Of a stretch of 64,000 bases of DNA, positions 36,851 through 49,859 are shown piece by piece. The stretch is taken from NCBI GenBank assembly GCA_043228905.1, contig JBHGNT010000007.1, forward strand, positions 3,348,001-3,412,000, in the 5' to 3' direction. The position numbers and the translations under genes were made by a program. Positions within the stretch are counted from its first letter, which is position 1. Every line of letters starts with the position of its first letter. This stretch comes from Azolla caroliniana. Its lineage: Eukaryota; Plantae; Polypodiophyta. The notes beneath the pieces were generated by a model, which was not told the DNA's origin, did not search any database, and was given only the letters and a program-made list of their open reading frames with translations.

Positions 36851-37910
36851 ACTTGGGGGTTAACTTATGTGTCCATCAAGATCTTGTGTTTGTACAATAT
36901 TCTTGTATGCTATATGAGACATTAAATATTGTTACCATTGTAATTAGAAAGTTTGAATTCTAGTTAGTCTTAAGAGATAATTATATACACAATTTACTCT
37001 AAATTAGGATAATATTATCCCAATCATTACAATATGCTTGCCATTGGATCTAGATTCCAACTTAAAAAATGAGGCCTCCATTTTCTCTCGACAAAGATAT
37101 GATTTTTTATTGTCAACAATCATGTATCATGTAGTATTTAAAGCCTAAAATTGGTAGGCACTCCCCTTTATTATTATGTACTAGTAATGTTTATGAGGGA
37201 AAATTTACACCTTTTGTCTTTCAATAATATAATATCTAAACAATTACATAAACTTTTTATAAAATTCATATGTCAAGGTGATGGATATAAATTAAAGGAC
37301 CAATGTTTTGACAACCAAAATGGCCAAAAACTTGCATGAACATGTTGATGGTACTAGTATTGTGTCAAAATATTCATGTGTGCAATATAATGTAATGATT
37401 ATATTGATGGTGAAAACTTCTCTTCTTTTCGAATTCTATTTTGTATCTTATGATCCACCTGTTGTTCCTAGACACAGAGACAACCAATGTGCAAAATAAG
37501 GATATGAAACATGATTTAAAGTGATAGCAAAGTATATTGGAGATAGAAAGTTTTATAATATGTGGCAAAAAACATTTCAAGTTATGTTATTGAAGGAAAT
37601 TCTTGTAATTATTTCTGCAACTTCGTAAACTTTTCCCCGCAATAGAAATCTCATGTATTTGTGATTAGAAGAAATGTGCTAACAATTTAAACAACTTATC
37701 ATGAGTGTATGAATATGAGTTGCATTGAATTAACAATACATTGGTTTGTATTTTTGCACTTAAAAGGTTGTGGATGCCCAACTTATATGAAATGCATTCC
37801 AAAGGGCTTGTTCCACAAATGACTTAAATAGATAGGGACACATAAGAAATGCATCTCTATTCAAGTAGGAAAGGATGTCATTGTTGCAAATGTTTCTTGA
37901 CAATCTCACT

Positions 37911-37925
37911 CACTACTAGAAATAT
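37911..37925 (+). mobile_element. possible CACTA (En/Spm) terminal inverted repeat
   Basis: cactactagaaat matches the CACTA TIR consensus; only a degenerate opposite end (tctagtaatag, ~38018) is visible. Confidence 0.3.
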
Positions 37926-38265
37926 ATGTGTAATAGTGTGTGCCTTTGGCAATAGTCGCAACAGAGCTAGTTGTGATATCACTTAGTTTACTTGTAACAT
38001 AATGGGTGAATGATGAATCTAGTAATAGGGCATTACAAGATGAACTTTTTTTGCCCTTACTCTCAGGGAAGCATTATGAATGAATCTTTTATTCGTTCCA
38101 AAGTTCTATTATTAACAACGACAAGACATAGACATGACACATGTGCATTAACATTACACTAGGCAATGCCAAAGAAATGAGAGTATAATGTGTTAAACAT
38201 GTAGGCCATATGAATAAAAAACTTTACTTCAAATAATATAATAATTCAATATTAAAGAATATCTA

Positions 38266-38646
38266 TCACTTCATAATAAAAATGTGACTACCTTCATTGT
38301 AGCAATCCTCAAAAATATTGTCCAGTTGAGCTTGAAGGCTAGTGAGGTTACATGCTCGGGGTAGTCCTAGAGCTCGATCTCTATCGAATTTCTCGATAGG
38401 ACGGCCACTACCGGTAATTAGAGCACATAGACATGCAGAACTAATAGCATTGAAGGAATCACAACATTCTTGAGATGGTTCATGAGTTGGATCTATACGG
38501 TTAGTATATGGGGCACATGAACGAATTTGTACTTCCAACCCTTTACAACGATCCCTTGCACACCATACACAAGCACTATCTAGACAAAACATAAACATAA
38601 TAATAATATGTGCTCTTAAGCCATACTTATGGTTTTCACTTGCCAT
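38266..38646 (-). CDS. non-specific lipid-transfer protein / 8-cysteine-motif (prolamin fold) protein
   Basis: 126-aa ORF with a hydrophobic N-terminus, C34-x9-C-x16-CC-x9-CLC-x24-C-x15-C, the PSQECC and RALGLPRAC motifs, and an upstream TATA-like tract at ~38726-38736. Confidence 0.88.
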   Translation of the reverse strand: MASENHKYGLRAHIIIMFMFCLDSACVWCARDRCKGLEVQIRSCAPYTNRIDPTHEPSQECCDSFNAISSACLCALITGSGRPIEKFDRDRALGLPRACNLTSLQAQLDNIFEDCYNEGSHIFIMK

Positions 38647-39712
38647 TCCTTACAACAAAACGTCGTTACTCTATGACTCTTGATCAAATTTGAAGTGTTG
38701 ATGTATCTTGTCTCATCTCCTTGTCTATATATATATGTGTGTATATAGCTTTCTTTTCAAGTTGAACAATTGAGTAAAGCCATCACCTCAAAAAAAGGCA
38801 TGCACTCAATTGGTATGATATTAAAGTCACCTACTACAAGCTCGTCATTGTGTGTGAGCAACATTATGAACACTTGTATCTAATGATGTCCATGTAATCA
38901 ATTCCCTTTATGTAACTTCCACCCATTGGTCATATGAATTTCGTGGCAATGTGAATTCGAGAAATGACATTTGGAATGCATTCATGCATTGTCTATTGAT
39001 GATAAGACGAATGATTTGAAACCCATAAAACTACACCTCTTGCTATTATTTTATTGGCATGGAAACAAGCAACACACTCATATATTCAATCAAATATAAA
39101 GTTTCATTTGTACACAACTGTAAGCAAATCATCCTCGTCCATATGGTGAACTTGCGAGTGAAGTGGACCCCTCAAACAACCAATATAATCATGCAATGCA
39201 AAATGAGAATCAAAGATGAATTCGTTCTAAATAGTTCAATTATGATAAAAATTGCTAACACAACCCACATTTTGCCACACATAATGTTTGATGCTCTAAG
39301 CTATGAGCTAAACTCGACACATCAACCATGCATTGATCATTAAGATAAGAGAACAAGCTTGCCTTTATATACATTCCATTTATAATCAACAAGCCATGAT
39401 CTATTAGTGTGTGATGTATACATGTACATGCATCACTAACAAATAGCTAACGGTAAATCATCTCATCCAAAACATTTGACCTTGATAGATGGCAACTATC
39501 TTATTGGTGCATTTTGAACTATACAACCTCGATAGATATATGATTATGGTGACAAATATTAGTATAGTAAATAGGTTGAGAATATAGGTTAACTAAATTT
39601 GGTAGAAATATTCACATACTGATTCTGACAAAAAAAATTAGGCTTTCCCTCTATATTAGTATCACATTCATGGATGCCAATCAATAACAAAGTGTTCAAC
39701 CAATAATCATAT

Positions 39713-40186
39713 TGTTAGAGATTTATTCTTATGTAAGTAATAAATAAGGACAAAGATAAGATAATAAATAGACAGAGAGAGAAAGAAGGGGTGCCGATCC
39801 ACTTGACCACCTTCGAGCGAAGGGATCTAGACAAAATCAAGCGTTGAACATCATCCCATACCACAATGGCATCGAGTCGTACCTAGTATTAGCACGCGCT
39901 CGCCATAAGAGTCCGATCGCCACGAAATCACAGTCTCGATATAGTCAAATAATGTGTCCAACAAGGATAGCTAGGCCTCATATTTAAAGATAGCCCTAAG
40001 GACTCCAAGCAAGTTCACATTTAGCCCTTAAGGGTTTGTATCAATCCCTAGGATTAAAAGTAATCCTCCCTTCTTTACACTCTCAATTAACCCTCACACA
40101 CTTATCCTCATATGTAGAATACTATAGTAAAAACTACCACGAGATAAATATGGTTATAAACTTATACCCATACATATGCCTCACAT
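39713..40186. mobile_element. possible solo LTR
   Basis: Begins tgttagag and has candidate ..ca ends with LTR-like composition; no clean TSD found. Confidence 0.25.
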
Positions 40187-41856
40187 TCACAAGAAAATCG
40201 ATAGGTTTTTGTGTTCATCTTAAAGAAACTTGTGAAAGGAAAACCACAAGACACTTGATTGAACATCTAAAAAATGTGACTACTACGATGTGGGTTGTAT
40301 GGATTAGAAGTTGTAGTTCCCATATCAGTTGTGTTCCATTCAACGGACAACGATTGAAAATTTTGCAACGAAAACGTCCATTCAAGCTATGACGCAAGGA
40401 TCTCTCTATCTCCCTATGTATAAATAATGTAACTTCTCTAAATTAGGGGACTCTCGATCTTATGGAATCATTTTTTAATTTATAAATCTCTTCTCATCTT
40501 AATCATAAACTAGATTCTACAATTTTCTTTTGAAAATAATGGATTTTAGCATGACCTTGTCGATAATGTTTGATAATAGCTCCAAAACCTTAAGGAGGAA
40601 ACTACAAAAGGACCAAAGGGAAATGTGGGACCAAGTTTTGAACCTACCATGAAACATGTATGCTAGCCACACAAAAGTACCCTTCTTAATGCCACTTTAC
40701 TTTGGCTAGATCATACATCGTTGCTTACCCTTTCCATGTAAATGTAAGTTTGTATAATATTTGGCGATTAAGGGCTAGTCAGCTATGAATTTAGTGACAA
40801 TGCACATCCTTAGTGTCATTGGCATTACCAATAGGTATAGGATGCTACATAGCTAGACATCATAATGTAGGATCTTAACACAATTAATTCCAGTTATTAT
40901 TGGTCTATCAAAGAATAATGACAAGCTTGACAATGTATCCTTCCAACAAATCCCCATCACACACCTTAACCTGCAACACATCCCATTACAACACTGAAGG
41001 AATGCTACTTGATCATCGTTGTATGATGAAGGGTGCACTTTCTGCATGAGGTGAGATTACATGAGAGTGGGAAAGGATATGCATGGAGTATCTAACCCCT
41101 TATAAACAATCCTACTACAAGGTCATGTGTCCCATATGATACCTTTATTTGCACAACCTTTCTCAATAGATTCAAAAGCCACATATTCTTAGCATGCCCA
41201 CATGTACTAATGTGCCCAACTGAATCATGTTATGGTTTAGCCTTATTGATATTTTCATTTACCAAAATTATATATGTATTTCTAATATCATGAGTGCTAA
41301 TCTCATCAAGTGTTTTGCAAAAAAATCATGAATACACTCAAGGAAGTAATACATTCAGCCAAGTCTTGTTACATGTTCTATTTTAGAATGACTCCACGCT
41401 ACAATAATGCTTCAACATGTAAGTAAACTAACCTATATTACTTGATAGTAAAGTAGGTATTTTCATCTTACCATGAATCAAGCTTGTCAATGTTTGTGCT
41501 ATTTTAGTTCCAAGGAAACACGCTCGTTACATTCATCATCATAATTCTTTTGAAATTTCATCATATGCCACCCAAAACCATATTTCTTATAAATCAACAT
41601 ATTATAGTTTGTATCATATTTCTACATAGTAACATATGTCAAAGTGAGCTATTCCGATAGTCATTCTTGTTATGTGAGCATTGTAACGTCAAATAAAATG
41701 TATTTTGACAAGCATACTTTTTTTTTATGAATAAATGGAAATTTTAAGAACAAAAACTCATCTTGTATGAAACGTTTTGGCATAAATTTGTCATCATCAA
41801 GATGGACAATGGTACAATTCCTACACAGTCTCTCATCGTATCAATGTAAGCAATCA

Positions 41857-42594
41857 TCATTTGCATGGGTAAATGCATGAATCGTAACCTATCATGAGAT
41901 AAACAAAAGATATGTTAGATGAGTTGATGTAAAAATGCATTAATTGAGAGTGAATTCATATCACGGTTACATGTGCATCCATTTGTTATGTTTGGGTGAC
42001 CACTTATCATTTCTAAAGCATTGTTTTGTTGGTCAATTTCTTAATCTAAACCCTTTATCAACCGTATTCAAGCTCCATTTTGAAATAAAAAGTTCCAACT
42101 TTAAATGAAATGCTTCACACATTTTGTAAAATGGGCAAGATTTAACACGTACTAGAGGGTAATCTTACATTGGTTGATATTTGGTTTCTTCCAAATGTAT
42201 TGCTAAATATTTCTTTTCTCAAATAGGAGAAAGTTGCAAATTGAGGAACATTTATCTAATAGCTTGTGTCTTACTACAAGGAATGTATGTATGTGTGTAT
42301 GTACGTACATATTCATGCACATAATAGGTTTGTTTCCCTCATAGGAAACAACCATGTTCATCCCTTCATATTTCCTAAGAACGCACTCGATGTTATGAGC
42401 TTTTCAAAGCGAAAATTTAGATATAACCTAGCTAGAAATACTAGGACGATGTTATTGGCCACAACACATTGCCCCCATCACGATTCACACCTATCATAAT
42501 ATTGTTCACCTCACAGTCAAAAGCTCATAATCAAAATTTTCATTTGAATTGTAGTGGAAAAATTTCCTAGACACATTGGATATAATGTGTGTGT

Positions 42595-42625
<31 letters not shown>

Positions 42626-45401
42626 TTATATGTTTACTTGGGTCAGTGGTAGTGAGCATGGCATGGCCATTGAAATCACAATTCCAAGAGTTGCGACCAT
42701 GAAGTTGGTAGTAGATGTTGATGGCGAAGGAGGCATGTGAGATAAGTGTGTTGGGATGATAGCATTTCCCACCTTCTCTAATGGGCCCACAATCCACCTC
42801 CCCTTCCCCACATGCATACTCTATGCTTGCTTCGAGCTCCGCATTTGATGTAGAGGCCTTAGCCACACACCATGTCTTCTTCGCACCATGCCCCTTGTTT
42901 ATTGACGCCCTTGTGTTGTTCCTTGATGACTTGTCATGATGCCATGATGCCACGTGGAAGCCCACATCATAAACTTGGCTCTTATCCGGATGGAATAAGC
43001 CAAAATTTCGTTCGGAAGTGGGCCCCGGTTTTTGGTCCTCATTGAATAAAGAGAAGATGTAAGTGTATATCATAGTGTTGGGTTTGGCAGGTGTTCCCAC
43101 ATTGGACATTATGTGTTTAATAAGATTCATGTTGTACTCTTTCGCATTGTCTAAGTTTGCTCCAATTTCATCCTCGTCCCCTCTCGATGGCCATCCGCTT
43201 TCTGCGACCACCACCGGGATATTGTCAAAGCCAATGGCTTTCATGGCATAATAAATTGCATCAACCTGATGTATCAATGATGAACAAGCTTTAATCATAA
43301 TAATCTATCACCTTATTAAACATTATTTTTGGATTTCTCTATCCAAGAACTTGGGGTACCTATAAAATGTTTAGGGAACTCCATGTTCATGCCTAAGGGC
43401 ACAAAGATATGAATGTGCAATTTGTTGCTTTTAAGATTAATAGATTGTGCATGACATTTTTGTTTAACAATAACTACAAGGTTAGTCAACATTATGATAA
43501 ACCTTAATATTTTCGAAGTTCTTAAAACTTGGTAAGAAATAAAGGAGTGAAGTTGAAAATCTTTCCTTACTAGTTTGATATTCTTCTTCAAATGGCATAG
43601 AAAGGCAAGTCCTGCCCTCCTTTTTACTCTATTATATGCTTATTCTGTATATAACTTGCCCATCTTGATGGCATTCATCTTGCCTCTTTTTGTGCGTGTG
43701 CGTGTGCGTGTTTATTTGCTGAATCAAGACCTTACAGTTTGAAACACATTCATGTATATTTGTTCCAAGGCTCTCTAAGGTCACTAATACATGAACGTGA
43801 CATTAGGAATCATTATATTTGTTAGTAGAGATATGTAAATTGTCGTTTTTTATCAACCGATCCAATCGTGTTTGTTAGTTGCATTAATTTTCTCTTCAAG
43901 GATACTTTGGAAACTTCGGAGGGATACTTTGGAGTATGAGGGGGGGATGCATGTTTGGAAAAGCCATCCTTTTTACCAATCTATCAACAAGGGTTCAAAT
44001 CTCCCTAATTGCGAGAATTTCTCTCTAGGGGTACTTTTGAAACTTACAAAACTTCAGCGGGATCCAAACATTGAAAGTTAACGTAAAAAATTTGAATTTG
44101 CTACCGATCATATGGACAATACCTGAGCATCGAAGAGATTGGTGTAAGTGAGGCCAGTGTGAGTATCAACAACACCTTTGTTGGGGCGAAAAAGAGCATA
44201 GTCCAACGAGATAAGGTCCGGATTCTCCTTATATGCAAAGTAGGGGTAAGAATTCGACATAAAAGGGGATCGAGAAGCGGCGAGGAATGCCAAGAGACGC
44301 TTCATGACGGGCAAGAACTGCGGTTTAAAGCGTGCCGAGGATGGTGGGTAAGAGTTACCTAGGACACCCATGGAGTGGGTTGTGGACACGCACAAGTGTC
44401 CGAGGCCTGCCCATTGCAACACTTTCCAAAGATTTTCCATTGCGTCTAGTAGAAGGTTCGTTGAGTTCTCGGCTGTGTTTTCCATGGTGAGGACCTCATT
44501 ACCGACCACAATGGCCACAATGTTCGTGGACGGGTAAACAGGCCGGATATGGGTGGCCACCCACACGGCCGCACCCGCCACATTGGATGCCAACATGCCA
44601 ATGTCTTCGTCTGGAACCCCGGCCACTACGCTCAACCCCGTGTTCGCGAATGCTCTTAGCACACCCATGTCGGATGTGTACACTTTCACACTGCCCATCG
44701 GGGTGGTTTGCGCCAAAAGTTGGCCCACATCTTCGGGTGGGGGCAGATTGCTTGCCACCATCCCATAATTTACCCCTAAGTTGGCCACTTTCTTCATTGT
44801 CCCCTTAAATGCTTCTTCTACACACACAATCAAGCCTTTAATGTCATCTCACGCAAGTATAACTACATATGCATACATGTATAAAAATAAACACAAACAC
44901 AAACACATACATAGATCATTAATGAAATCTCTCATGTTTCCCCACCATTGATTCCAAACTAGGAGGTAACACTACAAGATTTTGCATGCATGATGTCGAA
45001 GTGAAGCATGCCCGATTATGTGCAATGTAACTAACTAGATTATGATCCACCACATGATGCCCAACCTTGTGCAATGTAATGGAAAGTGACTCTTATACCA
45101 CAGGAAACAATATGCCGAATGGCATAACGCAATGTGCTTTATCTAGGCATGTGAATGTGTTACCTGCAAGGTCTCATAAATCGAGCATTGTAAAGGGGGA
45201 AACATGGAAAAACTCTAAAAGTCCTCCTTACACGACCATATTATGTTTTCTATATATGCGATACATATAAACTTATGTTTGTCGGTAATTAACGTTCGAA
45301 ATTTACATAAACTTGCCTGATTTAGATGGCCTCGACCATGATATTATTAATCCAAGTGAAAACACCACAAATAAAACAAAGTTGGCATATGTTTTGTGCA
45401 T
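41857..45401 (-). CDS. glucan endo-1,3-beta-glucosidase (GH17) with C-terminal X8/CBM43 domain, no GPI tail; 4 exons
   Basis: Exons 45401-45317 (signal peptide MHKTYANFVLFVVFSLGLIISWS; GC donor), 44817-44123 (GVNYG..VVGNEV..YPYFAY..NLFDAQ), 43265-42638 (VDA..VVAESGWPS..FSLFNEDQKPGPTSERNFGLF; X8 WCVAK..YACG..DC..C..CDF) and 41888-41857 (SYDSCIYPCK*). All junctions are in phase. Exon 1 is the least certain. Confidence 0.92.
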
Positions 45402-48400
45402 CCTCTTTGACAGCATTTGCTCTTTGTTGCTTCAATACCTCTCTCATAGGCATCCACCTCCTCCATACCACCTTTAATAACATTAGCATTGCATCTTTTT
45501 AATACATTCCTAACCCTACTTCCCAAGAAATACCACCTTCTCTATCTTCCTCTCTTACTTTTCCTAAAATACCCCAAGTTATTCCATCTCACAAAGTTGG
45601 GAAGCTTCTTGTTTGATTGCTTATTCAATAATTACCCTTCTTGTTCTTGATCAGAACTTCCCCAATCATTACTCTCTTATTTATCCTCCTCCCTCTAAGC
45701 AAAGTTTTGCCCTTGATCTTTTTGCCTCAAAAGCAAATTTTAAATCTAGTAACTTGTTCGTTTAAGACACATCTTGCATTTAAATCTATGTGGTGTTCAC
45801 ATGTAGAATCATTCACTTTCAATCGCAAAGCGTCGAAAATGGCAAACCTATTTTGTAATTTGTTGTATAAATGTGCCTTCTTTAAGGTCTCCTTTCTTTC
45901 TTTTTCAAAAAAAAACTACTTCCATTAGTTAAGCAATGTACAAAGGATCATTTACAACTGATATTTTACACGACATCTTGCATGTCAAAGGAAAATAATA
46001 AGTGTAGATGAAACACCAAAATAATAAACAACTCCAAAGCACCACATCATTCGATGTGTATAGCATTACTCGGACGCATATTCTCCACGTGAGCCTCATA
46101 CAAAACAGAATTCAGCATGGATGTCCTCCATTCACTCCTCATGGCAACACCCATATTCAAGGTCTCCTTCTTATTGGTATCACGATTCACAACCAACCAC
46201 TCCATTCACTAAGGTTGGAACCTTGATAAATGGGTGTCTAATAATGTGGCTCACCTACTAGCGTTTGTCCCCAATACCAAAACAAAAGAAGGTGCATGAC
46301 AACTTGACAAAATTCCTTATGCCATTTGGTTTTATCAGCGATATGTACATCTATACTACAAGTAGCCTATGCAAACATTTGCGTAGATGAAACCTCAACA
46401 AAGATAACATTTTCATAAGATAGATCCATAATTACGCCATAATGATGATAAAAAAACAAGATTCACTATTTTTTACACACAAGGATTTTTCATTATATTT
46501 ATCAATAGAGTTGACTAGTACTGATCATGTGGATCCATCATTGAAAATAACCAAATAACGATAAAGTTGAGTTTGAATTCCTTATGGTTTGAAGATAAAA
46601 TGGAAATATGCTATTTATAATCTCAATAAGACCGTGCATTGTTGGACTCTAGATAATTGAATTTCTTTATAAGTGGGAGAATAAATCTGTCAACCATGAG
46701 TGAGTTTTGAGTTAAATACACCATATGTTGCTAGAACAAAGCATTGATCAATCGGCGGGAATTCACATACAAATTAATAGATTGCTAGCTATGAAAATGC
46801 ATACATGCTAAGCCGGAAAGGCAATAGGAATGTTGGCAACTATAATACTTTTGGTGACTAGAGTCTGGAAAAAAGAAAAGGTTGTGACTATTATCTACAT
46901 GGAACAACTAGGGGTGGGATGAAGTGGAGGTGAGAATGAGGATGGAAGTGGTTGTGAAAGAAGCATGTCATGGAGAGAGAGAGAGAGAGAGGGTGGTAGG
47001 TTAATGGGGAATGTTTTAGGCAAAAAACTTTAAGAGTCTAGGGAATGAAATTTTGTGTGAAATGTGGGGTACAATTGGTGGGTGGTCAAGGATGCGAGCA
47101 ATGGTCTCAAAGAGAGTGGTGTCATGTCTTTGAAGAGATAGACGATGACACTATACCAACTTGACAATGGTCCCCACGACCCTTTTTCTTCTGTGTTCTT
47201 ATGTTTGTTCGTGCAAGAGCACTCAAATTTTGGGAATATATATCACGTAATTTTTGCTCAGGTTTCTCTTTACGGAAGTTGTCACTAGACATTGTTTTTT
47301 TTCTTTTTCTTTTTCTTTTTTTGTCTTGGTTTATCTTGGGCTATGGCCATCTAAAGGTTAGACGGTTCATGATTTTATTTTTTAGACGTCATTCTTTTTC
47401 TTCGAATGCGTAAATAGTGAGGAGCGCAGTTTCAAACTCATCTAACATAAGTGATGTGGTTGGACACTCACAATCTAAGACATCATCTACTTCTTCTTCT
47501 TTTGTGCACATGTTTAACCACGTCTATATTTTCATTAACCTATAGGCCTTGACCTGGAAACCAATGTCTTTCAATATTTCACTAGTGGTTGAGATGTGGC
47601 GAGTGTTCTTTACCATCTATCTCTCAGTCATTCATACATGGCCCTTGTTTGAGCCATTGGTGTGATTTGACATTGGTCATAATTTGACCTTAAAGAAGGT
47701 CACTCCGTGGCATCCAAACTCACTCCTTGCATAAAATTATGACGTAAAACTGAGGGAATCCAAACTCGCTCTTGCCATCAATTTGGCCCAACCATAAACT
47801 CTATTGTGTTGATAAACACATCGTTACACTAGGATATGCAATAGTCTCGCTTTGTGTAGTGTGCACACAATGGTATATGATGCTAATGGTGGTACACACA
47901 TATGTGTGTGATGGTTTTCCCCCCAGTTTGTACTAACCCATGTACATTGGTTCAAATCTCACTCTATGCACTTAATGCTTTATTAAATGCCTTATGAAAT
48001 GTCGGTATTTGTTTGACAATCGAATGGGTTCCAAAACTCATTATATGCCCTACATTACTAGATGGGTTTGTGGGTTGTATGGTTTTGATCGCACAACCTT
48101 CGATTCTCTTTCCAACAATCTTGTCGATGGGTTCAAATCTCACTATATGGGCTAAGTTACTAGATGCCACTTCCCAAATCTAGGACTTCATCGAACAACT
48201 TTACTACTCTCTTGGCACGCAATATATGTATGTTTCTCTATCATGCCCACAACACAATGTTACACTAACAAAAATGTGTAGGAATATATTCTCTCTCTCT
48301 CAATTATTATATTCTCTCTCACACATATTTGATCATTTTTTTATTAGTTATAACTTATTAATATAAATATGGAGAATCACTATGCCGATGCAATTTTTGT

Positions 48401-48519
48401 CCCTTCATTTAATCATCATCTCTTAAATTCTATTTAACAAAAATAGATCAATGGTTTCTCTTTAAGTATCTATGATCATAAAAACCCTCATCACTCACAA
48501 ATTTTATGTATGGTGATTA

Positions 48520-48872
48520 ATTAGCAACTAGGTACTCTCTCATTATAGTTTACAAAAATCAATAGCAACTAAGTACTCTCTCATTATAGTTTACCAAAAT
48601 TAATAGCAACTAAGTACTCTCTCATTATAGTTTACAAAAAAGGATGATGGAGGGGATGCAACTAAGTACTCTCTCATTATAGTTTACCAAAATTAATTAG
48701 CAACTAAGTACTCTCTCATTATAGTTTACCAAAATTAATTAGCAACTAAGTACTCTCTCATTATAGCTTACCAAAATTAATTAGCAACTAAGTACTCTCT
48801 CATTATAGCTTACAAAAAAAGGATGATGGAGGGGATGCAACTAAGTATTCTCTAATTATAGTTTACAAAAAA
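48520..48872 (+). repeat. tandem repeat of 8 units (41-42 bp and 53-54 bp variants) abutting the AT-hook ORF
   Basis: Core gcaactaagtactctctcattatag(t/c)ttac at ~48524, 48565, 48606, 48658, 48700, 48742, 48784 and 48837. Confidence 0.93.
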
Positions 48873-49859
48873 ATGATGATGGAGAGGATGCAGGATGAGC
48901 AAGTAGAGGAGGATGATATATTACTTGTAAAAGACCAAGAAGAGCCTCTACTAAATGTAGTAGAAGAAGAAGAGTTCATTTCTAGACCAAAGAAAAGGGT
49001 TGGGAGACCCCCTAAAGAATGGAGTTCCATCCTTCTTCCGAAAGAAGTAACCTCCACATTTGGAAGGAAAGCCTCCCAATTTGGGAGCAAGAAGAAGAGG
49101 AAGAAGTTCAAAACCCCTAATCATGACAATATGACCATAATTCCCTCACTCCACAAGCCTTCCTCTTTGGGTAACATTTCTACACCTCCCATTATATGTT
49201 CCCCTACCTTGGGCCAACTAGTTCATGGTGTCATCGATGGATCTTTTGATGCCGGCTTCCTAGTTAGCCTTAAAATGGGGAACTCTGATGTCCTCTACCA
49301 TGGTGTCATCTTCAGACCTGGCATGTCCATCCCTCTTTCCAACGACACGGACATTGCCAAGAATGTGAAATGGCACCAACAAAGACCACGACCTGATGGA
49401 ATACCTTCAACCATTCCATCGTTGACAACCGGAGAATATATCTTGACCCCACATCCTCATAACTCCACTATGAGATCTATTATGGATTATGGCCTTCCTC
49501 CCACCCTTTTGAATTCCCTTGCTCATACACAACCTCTAGGAGTATCAATGTCGCAAGAACAATCGCCACATGCAACCAATGTCCATGGCAACTCTCGAAT
49601 TGATGGACACCTTGGTGTGATTCATACCACTAGTCCATTACCCTATAACGAACCATTCAACCCTCAAAATGTTATTAGATCGCATCATCATCATGGAGAT
49701 GTGAACGTTAGCCCATATGTTGATGCATCGAATTCTGCCCCCCATATAAATATTCATGTACCACCAACTAGAGAATACTATAACACTCAATATATTGGAA
49801 ATCAAATGGGAACAACAAACTCTCAATTTGGATGCACCCCTTCCCAAGGTGCTCTATAG
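48873..49859 (+). CDS. AT-hook motif protein, METABOLIC NETWORK MODULATOR 1 (MNM1)-like
   Basis: 328-aa ORF with an acidic N-terminus, AT-hook KKRVGRPPK, NLS-like KKKRKK and the conserved domain LGQLVHGVIDGSFDAGFLVSLKMGNSDVLYHGVIFRPG..DIAKNV. An upstream exon may exist. Confidence 0.82.
   Translation: MMMERMQDEQVEEDDILLVKDQEEPLLNVVEEEEFISRPKKRVGRPPKEWSSILLPKEVTSTFGRKASQFGSKKKRKKFKTPNHDNMTIIPSLHKPSSLGNISTPPIICSPTLGQLVHGVIDGSFDAGFLVSLKMGNSDVLYHGVIFRPGMSIPLSNDTDIAKNVKWHQQRPRPDGIPSTIPSLTTGEYILTPHPHNSTMRSIMDYGLPPTLLNSLAHTQPLGVSMSQEQSPHATNVHGNSRIDGHLGVIHTTSPLPYNEPFNPQNVIRSHHHHGDVNVSPYVDASNSAPHINIHVPPTREYYNTQYIGNQMGTTNSQFGCTPSQGAL

Noticed and set aside
42400-42500. Nearer candidate last exons for the glucanase
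   Set aside because: They give SYI* or an unrelated peptide; the exon at 41888-41857 (SYDSCIYP) matches the conserved X8 end.
48520-48872. CRISPR-like array (conserved ~30-bp repeat with short interspersed sequences)
   Set aside because: The 'spacers' are short and themselves repeated, there are no cas genes, and the context is eukaryotic; it is a tandem duplication.
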